Shown here: piece after piece, positions 1 through 9,198 of the stretch | Layout: each line of letters starts with the position of its first letter | How positions within the stretch are numbered: the first letter of the stretch is position 1 | Assembly (NCBI GenBank): GCA_963758525.1 | Contig: CAVWVQ010000003.1 | Coordinates: 2,272,001-2,336,000, forward strand | Direction: 5' to 3' | Length of the DNA: 64,000 nt | Source of the DNA: an uncultured Phycisphaerales bacterium | GTDB taxonomy: Bacteria; Planctomycetota; Phycisphaerae; Tepidisphaerales; Tepidisphaeraceae | The notes under the pieces: model-generated | The model's database searches: none | Seen by the model: only the letters and a program-made list of their open reading frames with translations | Told to the model about the DNA's origin: nothing | Position numbers and translations under genes: made by a program

Positions 1-80
1 ATCCAACATACGGGCCACAAGTAGACGAGAGAAAGTAGAGCGGGGACGCAGCATGACCAAATCCGCCGCGCTAGCGTCCT

Positions 81-190
81 CCCCTCCGTGCCTCCGTGCC
101 TCCGTGCCTTCGTCCCTTTGTCCCTCCGTCCCTTTGTCCCTTTGTCCCTCCGTCCCTTTGTCCCTTTGTCCCTTCATCCCTTCGTCCCCA
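81..190. repeat. Octamer tandem repeat (TCCCTTTG/TCCCTCCG/TGCCTCCG), about 13 units
   Basis: 8-nt periodicity read directly; explains the spurious PSVPLSLC ORF at 53-253. Confidence 0.95.
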
Positions 191-404
191 TTCCCTTTCC
201 CCCCACCCTCTTCATTCCCAAACCGAAGCACACCAAATGTTAACATTCTGTAAGTGAAATGAGAGCGGCTTCTTCATCTGATCCAAATATGCCGCCCCTA
301 CCCTCCCGAATCGAAGGTCCGGGAATCCTTTGTCAGTAGCAAAGGATTAAAAACGCGGGTGCCGGGTACTGGTGCAGTTTGAAATTCTCCCCGCCAAATT
401 CCGA

Positions 405-433
405 TTGACTACGCTCCCCGCGCTTGTCACGAT
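405..433 (+). promoter_or_regulatory. Putative sigma70 promoter of the KGG-protein gene (leaderless)
   Basis: TTGACT(405-410)-17 bp-CACGAT(428-433), ATG 6 nt downstream, no RBS. Confidence 0.5.
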
Positions 434-439
434 CCATCC

Positions 440-694
440 ATGCCAGCACGAGCAAGCACACGCCGGGACTTCACGCAGATTGCAAAAGCCGTAGTCGATG
501 CCGCCACCGGCGACGGGCCACCGATCCTACCACCAGGTGCGCCGCCAGCGAACGATACCCGCAACCCGCACGCGGTCGCCATGAGTAAGCTGGGCGCGAG
601 CAAGGGCGGGAAGGCACGGGCGGCGGCGCTGTCGCCGGCAAAGCGTAAGGCTATCGCGAAGAATGCGGCGGCCAAACGGTGGGAGACGAAATAG
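440..694 (+). CDS. Small basic KGG-motif protein (histone H1-like, IS1-like-element associated)
   Basis: 84 aa; RDFTQIAKAVVDAATG...NPHAVAMSKLGASKGGKARAAALSPAKRKAIAKNAAAKRW, a pattern I recognise from small proteins next to this transposase type. Confidence 0.85.
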   Translation: MPARASTRRDFTQIAKAVVDAATGDGPPILPPGAPPANDTRNPHAVAMSKLGASKGGKARAAALSPAKRKAIAKNAAAKRWETK

Positions 695-727
695 GGCCGG
701 GGTTACTATGCTTTTTCGCCCCGGCCC
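694..727. terminator. Hairpin between convergent genes
   Basis: GGGCCGGGG(694-702)/CCCCGGCCC(719-727) inverted repeat right after the KGG stop. Confidence 0.55.
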
Positions 728-752
728 CAATCCTCAAGTTGCAATCACAGTG

Positions 753-920
753 TTATCGGTCCCGCTCAGGCGGAGCCGAGTAGCGGCCCTTACGGTCCCG
801 CCATTGCGTAACCTTTTCGGGCTGCCGATCATCGTTCAGGTCGATGTAACCTTTCCCGGATTCGCCGGGATCGTCAGGGTTATTACCCTTCCGTGAGTTT
901 GGGGAATCATCCTTGACCAT
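753..920 (-). CDS. 55-aa hydrophilic small protein (not in ORF track)
   Basis: MVKDDSPNSRKGNNPDDPGESGKGYIDLNDDRQPEKVTQWRDRKGRYSAPPERDR*; GGAGA RBS 7 nt upstream of ATG. Confidence 0.55.
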   Translation of the reverse strand: MVKDDSPNSRKGNNPDDPGESGKGYIDLNDDRQPEKVTQWRDRKGRYSAPPERDR

Positions 921-960
921 TTGGAATTCTCCAAGATGGTGAAATAGACAGCTAGAAAAA

Positions 961-1098
961 CGGTGAAACCGATGGTATGCTACTGGCGTTCTTTGGTCGC
1001 CAGATAGCAGGGACCATCAGTCCTGCACTTGCCGGTGTCACTATCGGCAAGCATGAGATTGGCGGAAGCTCTTGATGTTCTGATCGAGAGCTTTCCGC
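961..1098 (+). ncRNA. Candidate structured small RNA inside the IS
   Basis: Consecutive hairpins (971-1018, 1028-1051, 1061-1098); G-U pairs favour the + strand; TAGAAA-17-TATGCT with extended TG at 953-981. Confidence 0.4.
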
Positions 1099-1548
1099 CT
1101 ACTCACCTTCCAATTTCTTCATAGGGAACGCCTCTCCTTTCTTATAGGTGCCGGTTTTTCTGCCGATTGGTTGTTCGACCACAGTTAGGTATTTTTCGCC
1201 AACCAGTGTCCGCACAGTTTGGTGATAACGGTCAACCTTAAATCCGTGTGCCGCCTGCGCCGCTTCGCGCAAACTGTGGCTGGTGAAAACGCCGGGCTGC
1301 TCTCCGATAAATAGCTTTATCGCATCGTACAAAGCACTGGTTCGCGGTCGCCCCATTCGAGTTGTTTTCTCGAACAAGGTCTTAGTCGCGGCACCATTTG
1401 TCTCCTTTGAAATTGCAAACTCATTTAGCCCTTCCAGAATGGTTCGAAGCCGGTCTCTCTCCGCCCCAATCTTGGCGTGTTCCTCATCTAATGCCGCAAG
1501 CTTTTTCTGGGCCTTGGCGCGATCAACCATGATGGTGTCTGAGTTCAT
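1099..1548 (-). CDS. Hypothetical protein, N-terminal coiled coil plus C-terminal winged-HTH-like region
   Basis: 149-aa ORF divergent from the transposase; helix pattern and GxYK wing-like end. Confidence 0.7.
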   Translation of the reverse strand: MNSDTIMVDRAKAQKKLAALDEEHAKIGAERDRLRTILEGLNEFAISKETNGAATKTLFEKTTRMGRPRTSALYDAIKLFIGEQPGVFTSHSLREAAQAAHGFKVDRYHQTVRTLVGEKYLTVVEQPIGRKTGTYKKGEAFPMKKLEGE

Positions 1549-1684
1549 GGCGGCGGATATTAAATCAACGCTGCATAAATAGCAATGTCAATGCGGCGCG
1601 ACGCGGGTCACTTATGCCGCATTCAGAATGGCGGCGAAATAACGTCCATGGATACAGCGTTGCAGAATTAATCCTGGATTGTTA

Positions 1685-1723
1685 TTGACATTGCCAGCAC
1701 GAGCAAGCATAATGTGCATTATG
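1685..1723 (+). promoter_or_regulatory. Near-consensus sigma70 promoter of the transposase, with palindrome over -10/start
   Basis: TTGACA(1685-1690)-17 bp-CATAAT(1708-1713); ATG at 1721; CATAATG-TG-CATTATG palindrome 1708-1723. Confidence 0.8.
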
Positions 1724-2542
1724 AACAAGCTTGGAACTGACAAGCGGGCGATGATCGTACGGTGCCTGATTGATGGCGTCGGCATCAACGCCACCACTCG
1801 ATTGACCGGCGCTGCCAAGCACACCGTACTGAAGCTGCTCCGCGAGGTCGGTGAAGCCTGCGCCATCTTCCACGATAAGAACGTCCGCAACGTCAAGGCG
1901 AAGCGCGTACAGTGCGATGAAATCTGGTCTTTCGTCGGCATGAAGCAAAAGAACGTACCCGCCGAAAAGCAGGGTCAATTCGGATTCGGCGACGTTTGGA
2001 CGTGGACCGCGATTGAAGCACAATCCAAGCTCATCATCAGCTACATGATCGGGCTTCGCGATGGCGGGTACGCAGCCGAATTCATGGGCGACGTTGCTAG
2101 TCGCATCTCAAACAAGGTGCAGCTTACGACCGATGGCCTCAAGGCGTATCTCGATGCCGTTGAAGATGCTTTCGGTGGCGACGTGGACTATGCCCAGCTC
2201 ATCAAAATCTACGGCCCCACCGCTCCCGGCGCGGCTCGTTACAGTCCGCCAGCTTGCATCGGCTGCGAAGCCCATCAAGTCGCCGGGGAACCGGATCGGA
2301 AGCACGTCAGCACGTCCTACGTTGAGCGCCAGAACCTTTCAATGCGGATGGGCATGCGTCGGTTCACCCGCCTGACCAACGCTCACAGCAAAAAGGTAGA
2401 GAATCACGCGCACGCGATCGCGATGTACTTCATGCACTACAACTACTGCAAGGTGCATACGACTCTGCGGGTAACGCCGGCGATGGAAGCGGGCCTAACC
2501 GATCACGTTTGGGAAATCGAAGAACTACTAGCGCTAGCTTGA
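1721..2542 (+). CDS. IS1-family-like DDE transposase
   Basis: N-terminal HTH; QCDEIWSF, LTTDG and SYVERQNLSMRMGMRRFTRLTN motifs; C-terminal TPAMEAG. Confidence 0.92.
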   Translation: MNKLGTDKRAMIVRCLIDGVGINATTRLTGAAKHTVLKLLREVGEACAIFHDKNVRNVKAKRVQCDEIWSFVGMKQKNVPAEKQGQFGFGDVWTWTAIEAQSKLIISYMIGLRDGGYAAEFMGDVASRISNKVQLTTDGLKAYLDAVEDAFGGDVDYAQLIKIYGPTAPGAARYSPPACIGCEAHQVAGEPDRKHVSTSYVERQNLSMRMGMRRFTRLTNAHSKKVENHAHAIAMYFMHYNYCKVHTTLRVTPAMEAGLTDHVWEIEELLALA

Positions 2543-2575
2543 CCGCTGCGTTGCCGGGCCTGTAATCTCGATCCT

Positions 2576-3232
2576 GTGAAGGGTAAACCATCCGCAACCA
2601 GTAAGTCACTCAATCGCAGCCTGCATGCGGCAAAGGCGACGAGGCAAGACGAGTTTTACACTCAGCTCTCGGACATCGAGAAAGAACTGAGGCATTACGC
2701 CAGGCACTTCAAGGGTAAGACTGTTCTGTGTAACTGCGACGATCCGCGCGTCAGCAATTTCTTCAAGTATTTCATTAACAACTTCGAGAAGCTGGGGCTG
2801 AAGAAGGTTATGGTGCCAGATCACTACGAGATGCGCAATGTCAGAAGTTGGCGAGATGAAAATGGGAAAAACTGGCGCAGCTTGGGCAACGCTCGCTGGT
2901 TCACAAACCTTGACATTTCGAAACGCCACGAGCCCCTAATTCTGTTCAAGACCTATGATCCGGATCAATATCCCAAGTACGACAACTTGGAGGCGATAGA
3001 GGTCGCTCGAAACACAGAGATACCCATCGACTATGACGGCTTGATGGGTGTTCCCGACACATTCCTAGACAGGCACAACCCCGACCAATTTGAACTCATT
3101 GGCATACCGTTCGGTAATCTAGGCAAAGGAATGGGTGTAACGAAGAACCACCGTGGCCGGACCGACATTGCGATAACCAAGGGCGGCAAGTCACGTTGTC
3201 CGTATTCAAGAATCATCATCAAGCGAAAATGA
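2576..3232 (+). pseudogene. EcoRI-family adenine methyltransferase with in-frame internal deletion
   Basis: DEFYT, LCNCDDP..SNFFKYF..NF..LGLKK, WFTNLD, YPKYDN..AI and MGVP motifs present; central GDFRS/NPPF block absent; only 218 aa. Confidence 0.75.
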
Positions 3233-4311
3233 AAATCCAACTCAAAGAAATCACGGTCGAGCAACTGGTCAAGGACTACGCTGACAACGCGGAAGCAGGC
3301 GTTGTCGGTTACGGCGGGAAGCTCGACATTCGCCCGCCGTACCAGCGCGAGTTCATTTACAAGGACAAGCAGCGGGATGCGGTGATCGATACCGTTCGCA
3401 AGGACTTTCCGCTTAACGTGATGTATTGGGCCGTGCGGGATGATGGCGGCTTCGAAGTGATCGACGGACAGCAGCGGACGATTTCGGTTTGCCAGTACGT
3501 CAACGGCGATTTCTCCATCGACGATATCTACTTCCACAATCTCCAGGACGATCAGCAGGAGCAGATTCTCAAGTACCAATGCATGGTCTATTTCTGCGCC
3601 GGCACCGACAGCGAGAAGCTGGATTGGTTCCAGACGATCAACATCGCGGGAATGAAGTTGACTGATCAGGAGCTGCGCAACGCGGTCTTTCACGGGCCGT
3701 GGACCGCCGATGCCAAGCGGTATTTCAGCAAGACGGGCTGCCCTGCGTACGGAATCGCCAGCGATTACGTTGACGGCAGCCCGATCCGGCAGGATTACCT
3801 AGAGACGGCGATTGACTGGCTTTCAGAAGGCCAGATCAAAGAATACATGTCCAAGCATCAGCACGATAAGGACGCCAAGCCGCTTTGGAATTACTTTCAG
3901 AAGGTCATAGAGTGGGTTAAGACCACGTTTCCAGACTATCGCAGAGAGATGAAACACGTCCGCTGGGGGGCGCTGTACAGCGGATTCGGGGACAAGAAGC
4001 CGGACGCGAAGAAATTGGCAAAAGAAGTCGCGAGGCTGATGGAAGACGACGAGGTGGGGAAGAAGTCTGGCATTTACCCCTATCTACTGACGAAAGACGA
4101 GCGATATTTGAATCTGCGGGCGTTCTCGGACAAGGAGAAACGCGAGGCGTACGAGCGACAGAATGGCAAATGCGTCAAGTGCGGCAAGAAGTTTGACATC
4201 AGCGAGATGGAAGCCGATCACGTCAAGCCTTGGCACGAGGGAGGCAAGACAAATGCCGCGAACTGCCAAATGCTCTGCAAAGACGACAATCGCCGGAAAT
4301 CAGGAAAATAA
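3229..4311 (+). CDS. DUF262 (GmrS-like) plus C-terminal HNH endonuclease
   Basis: RPPYQREF, DGQQR and FQTIN motifs; CxxC...EADHVKPW..GG.T...NCQMLC; ATGA overlap with the MTase; stop abuts the right TIR. Confidence 0.9.
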   Translation: MKIQLKEITVEQLVKDYADNAEAGVVGYGGKLDIRPPYQREFIYKDKQRDAVIDTVRKDFPLNVMYWAVRDDGGFEVIDGQQRTISVCQYVNGDFSIDDIYFHNLQDDQQEQILKYQCMVYFCAGTDSEKLDWFQTINIAGMKLTDQELRNAVFHGPWTADAKRYFSKTGCPAYGIASDYVDGSPIRQDYLETAIDWLSEGQIKEYMSKHQHDKDAKPLWNYFQKVIEWVKTTFPDYRREMKHVRWGALYSGFGDKKPDAKKLAKEVARLMEDDEVGKKSGIYPYLLTKDERYLNLRAFSDKEKREAYERQNGKCVKCGKKFDISEMEADHVKPWHEGGKTNAANCQMLCKDDNRRKSGK

Positions 4312-4359
4312 TTCAAACTGCACCAGTACCGGGTGCCGAATTGCTTTGGAGAGGAAAAA

Positions 4360-7300
4360 ATGCAGAAGAAGATCGAACTTGGTGTGAAGAGGGAAATGTC
4401 TGCGCGGGCCAAGCGGAGTTTGGCGAATGGGCGGAGCTCCAATCAGCGGATCGCCGCGGCGGTGATGAGCATTGGGTTGAGTGGCGCGATGGCCAACGCG
4501 GCAACGGATACGTGGGCCTCAGCAGCTGGCACCTCTTGGGTGAACGGGCCTTGGTCCAGCGGCGCTCAGCCGGCGGTGGGGGATATCGCCCAGTTTGGTG
4601 CGACCGGGACCGCGACTACCATCGGCATCTCCTTCAGTAGCGCCAACAACGGCAGCGGTGCCGAATCGTTGGGAGCCATCGACGTAACCTCCGCGCGAGG
4701 CAATGCGCTAACCGTCAACGATTCCAGCAGTACGGTTTCCGGAACATTGACGTTTACCGGTGCCACCGTCCTTAATGCGCTTGGATCGGGCGTTGCTGAT
4801 GTCATCGTCCACACGAACACGTCAAAAAATCTCACTCTCGCGCCGGGGAGCGGTGGGATCATGTCCATCGCGCTGGCAGACTCGACAAACAACATTATTT
4901 TGGTCGAGAACAGTGGCAACGTTACGATCAGCAGCAATATTGGCCAGGCCAGCGCCGGGAAGGTCTTGACTATCGAGGGCGGCGGCTCCGGCACGGTAAC
5001 GCTCTCGGGAACCGACTCGTTTTCGGGCGGCCTGGTGGCGGCGGGCGGTGAAGTCGATGTGAGCGCGGACGCCAACCTTGGGGCTGCCGGCGGCAGCATT
5101 ACGATCAATGGCGGGCGCCTGGGCATAGCCACGAACAGCTTCACCATTGATCCCACCCGCGCCATTCTGCTCGGAGCCAACCCGACCGGCAGTAACACTT
5201 CGGGAAACCTGAGCATCAAGGGTTCCATCACCACCGTCTACAATAGCGCGCTCCAAAACCTCAATGGCAGCACCACCGGCGACTTCGTCAAGCAGGGCGG
5301 CGGCACGCTTCAGCTCGGCGGGTCAAGCACATACAGCGGAACTACATTCATCAATAATGGGGTCGTGCAGCTGACGACCGCACCGAATCGACTGCCGACG
5401 GGTACCGTGGTCAACATCGGTCAATCTGCCAGTACCAATACCGGCACCCTCGATCTCAACGGGAACAACCAGACCGTCGCGGGCCTGGCCTCCACGACCG
5501 GATCGGGCACGTTCACCACGGTGAACACAGTGACGTCGACCAATACCGCAACGTTGACCATTAACACCAGCGGCAGCAACAGTTACACCTACGGCTCGAG
5601 CTCGGCCACCAATTCGGGAATCATCGCTGGGGCCGGACTTTCGCTGCTGAAGACCGGCAGCGGGACTGAAACTCTCGGCGGAAGCAGTACCTACGGCGGC
5701 AGCACCGTAGTCAGCGCCGGCACGCTTGCCTTGAACTCGGCGGGATCCATCAACGGCACCAGCGGAATCACCGTCAACGGCACCGGAGCGACATTTTTGC
5801 AGACCAGTTCCGCGGCGCTCACAAAGACCGTGACCCTCACGAAGGGGACCGTCGATGGCACGGGGCTCATCAGCGCGGTGACCGTCGGTGATGGTACAGG
5901 AGGCGTTGTTTCGGCTGGAAACGGGGCCGCCGGAACCCTCAGCATCACCACCCTCACTTTCAACGGCGCGGGAAACATCACCCTGGCGAACAATGAAATC
6001 GTCAGTGCCGGCACATTGCAGGTAGGCGCGGTCAATCCCTCTGGCATCGTCTCTCTCAACGCGTCGGGCGCCAGTTGGACCAATGGGACCTTCTACGATC
6101 TGCTGAATTTCGGCAATACGCTCACCACGGCACAGCTTGCGGATATCGCCAAGGGGACGATCACCGGCACCAACACGCGGCAGAATGCGACGCTGACCAC
6201 GCCCGCCAATGGCGCTCCGGCGGGTGAAATCGGCTACACGATCTCGGGCGACAGCCCGGCCTGGACCGGCGCGGATAACGGAAACTGGACGACCGCCTCG
6301 ACGGGTCCAAACCATAACTGGAAGCTAATCGGTGGCGGCACTGCCACCGATTACATCAGCGGGGACGACGTACTATTTGACGACACGCACCTCGCGCCCG
6401 GCGGCGCAACGACCGTCAACATCTCCGACGCCAGCGTAACCCCCAACAGCGTCACCTTTAACAATTCGAGCAACAGCTACACCGTCACCAGCGCCGGCGG
6501 ATACGGAATCAACGGTGGCGCGTCGCTGCTGAAGACAGGGTCGGGGCTGCTTGCGCTCAATACCTCCAACTCCTATAGTGGCGGCACGGTCATCAGCGGG
6601 GGAACCGTGCGACTGGGTGCCGATGGCGCGTTGCCATCGGCCGGTAGCGTGACGCTGGCCAATGTTGCAGGATTGCTTCTGGACGTGAACGGCCATGTCG
6701 AGACGGCGACCGAACTCTCGGGCGGCGGAACTACCGGCGGCAATGTGGCGCTCGGCGGCGGAACGCTCACGGTCGGAGACTCCCACAACTTCACCTATAG
6801 CGGCATCATTTCGGATGCCGGCGGAAATGCCAGCGGAACCACCGGAAGCCTGATCAAGGCAGGCAGTGGAACGATGACGCTGACAAGCGTTGAAACGTAT
6901 GGCGGCAGCACCACGATCAGTGCCGGCACCATCGCGCTGGACGCTGTGTACAACGAAACAGCGACAATCCCCAATACGCCGCTCACCGTGGCCTCGGGCG
7001 CACTTTTTCAGTTAAACGGGCAACAACAGGCGATTCAGCGACTTTCCGGCGCAGGTACCGTCAGCATGAATAAGGTGATCGACGGTGCCAGCAACTCGTA
7101 TGTTGCAGCACTCACCGTCGGAGACGCCACCAACACCACTTTTTCAGGGACCCTGTCCGGCAGCGGAAACCTGATCAAACGAGGGTCCGGCTCTCTTTCT
7201 CTGACGGGCGGAACCGTTTCTTATACGGGAACCACAACGCTTAGCGCTGGAACCCTTACGCTCGCCCCTGTCGCCACCGGCGCCATCTCCCTGTCAGCCC

Positions 7301-8711
7301 CCAGCGGCGGAAACGCTCTCAACGGAACCCTGGTTCTCGGAAGCGCCGTCGAATATGACTTCAACGATAACAGCGGCACCGGCGCCAATCCCTTTAGCGG
7401 AACGGGATCGATCCAGGTGACCAAGAGCGCGGCGATCATCACGAACACCGGTTCAACCCCCGGAGCAAGCATCCAGGTTCCGATCTCCCTAAACCCCACC
7501 GGAGCCGCAACGTTTCATGCCGGCGATGTTACGCAATCATCATTTTCTCCTTCGGCCCAATTCGTCACGAATATCAACGGCACCACCAGCGGCAAGGGAA
7601 TCGTCATCGACGTCAACTCGGGCATCAGCGGATATTCCGACGTCGATATTTCGAACAGCCTGACCGGCGGCGGGGCTGGCGCACTCGCGCTCAATGCCGC
7701 AAGCACTTATACGGGCACGACAGAGATCAACAGCAACGGATCGATTGTGCTGGGTCTGAGCAACGCCCTGCCCGTAACGACCGACGTTGTCGTCAACAAT
7801 CTCGGCAAGACGAACTCGAAACTCGACCTTCACAGTTTCAATCAACAGTTCGATTCTCTCTCCGATGGCAACCCGAGCAATAACACGGCCAGCAACCATC
7901 TCACGATCTTGAATTCAGCCCCCGGTACGACCTCCACTCTTACCATCAGCGGCTCCACGACTCCGTTTAATGGCTTCAGCCATTACATCACTGATGGAGC
8001 CGGCACGGTTGCAGTTGTCAAGGATGGTTCCAGCGCCTGGACGATTACGGGATCGAGCAACACCTACAGCGGTGGAACGCAAATCAAGGGCGGAACCCTG
8101 TTTGTAAACAACACCGGAAGCAGCAGCGGGACGGGCGCAGGGCCGGTAACTGTCATCGGCGGCACACTCAGCGGAAGCGGAACGATCGCCGGAGCGGTCG
8201 AGGTCAAATCAAGCGCCACGATCGCCTCTGGCGGAACCGCCACCGGAACCGGCTCACTGGCTGCTACCGGAGGCGTCACATTTGACGCCGGCGGCACCTA
8301 CACCCCCAATCTCACCAGCACGACCGGCAGTAACCCTGCCGCCTCCGAACTGAAGATTACGGGCGGCTGGACCATCAACGGACCGTTTACGATCAAGCCC
8401 AGTGACAACGGGACCGCCATGACCGTGACGCTCGGCGAGCAATGGGCGATCGCGAAGGCCGATTCAGTCAACAGCACCGACACATCGCAGTTCACGCTGG
8501 ACACCAGCAATTTGGCTGTGACCGGCGGCAGCCCCGGCGGCAGTTTCTCGCTCCAATTCCTGCCCGACGCCTCCTCCGGCGAGGATTTGGATGTCGTCTA
8601 CTCCGCGGCTCCCGAACCCGGCACGGCAATGCTGGTTCTGCTCGGCGCCGCCCGATTCTGGCGGCACGCCGTCGCCGCCGCTCCGCTGCGGCTGAAGCGG
8701 CCGCGAATTAG
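4360..8711 (+). CDS. Autotransporter-associated beta-strand-repeat protein with PEP-CTERM sorting signal (frameshift near 8650)
   Basis: Repeated KxGxGTLxLxxxNTYSGxTxIxxG; YSAAPEPG+TM; the basic tail PILAARRRRR continues in another frame to the stop at 8711; GAGG RBS. Confidence 0.88.
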
Positions 8712-8773
8712 CAGCGGGCCGGGGATCATCTTCACGTCATCCGTTCGGCATGCGACTTGGGAAGCGGGAAGGT

Positions 8774-8873
8774 TGAAGGGTGAAAAAAGGGGAGAGCCGC
8801 GAGAGTTGAAGAGCCCGTGGCGGGTTTGCAAGGGGTCAATGCCGAATGGGTTCAGCGGCGCGCCGGAGCCTGA
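8774..8873. repeat. ~100-bp dispersed repeat, copy 1
   Basis: 73-bp core matches 23822-23894 at 65/73 positions. Confidence 0.85.
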
Positions 8874-9198
8874 CGATCAAATGCTGGCGGCGGACGTTCG
8901 GCTCGCTGCGTGTCACCCCGTGAAAGCCAACGGATTGGGATGGAACTCAACTTGCGATCGATTGCTGTGTCGATGCAGTTGAACTCGATCTGGTCTCGAC
9001 GCGCGATGGCCGGCTGATCGCCCGGCATGATCTTGAACTGTCAATGAGCACTAACGTGGCTGGTGCCGCGCTTCGCGTCGCGCGGCACCGAGCGAAGCGT
9101 TGAAGGGCGCATGACCGTCGGATGGTGCGCCGAGGATTTCACGCTGGCCGGAGGAATAAACTGCTCTCCGCGACTTTTATTGGTATAATTCGTTGTTG

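Larger units (their letters stand above)
365..4330 (+). mobile_element. Complete cargo-carrying IS1-like insertion sequence, 3966 bp
   Basis: Perfect 19-bp TIRs GGTACTGGTGCAGTTTGAA (365-383) / TTCAAACTGCACCAGTACC (4312-4330); 8-bp direct repeat GGGTGCCG at 357-364 and 4331-4338; internal DDE transposase; GGT-starting ends and 8-9 bp TSD fit the IS1 family. Confidence 0.93.

Noticed and set aside
53..253. 66-aa ORF with PSVPLSLC repeats
   Set aside because: Translation of the octamer tandem repeat
229..255. Pho-box-like 11-bp periodicity
   Set aside because: Only one good half-site (TTAACA); too weak to call
8712..8982. C-terminal extension of the 1549-aa ORF, including a second APEP
   Set aside because: Read-through caused by the frameshift near 8650; it runs through the dispersed repeat and no TM helix follows the second APEP
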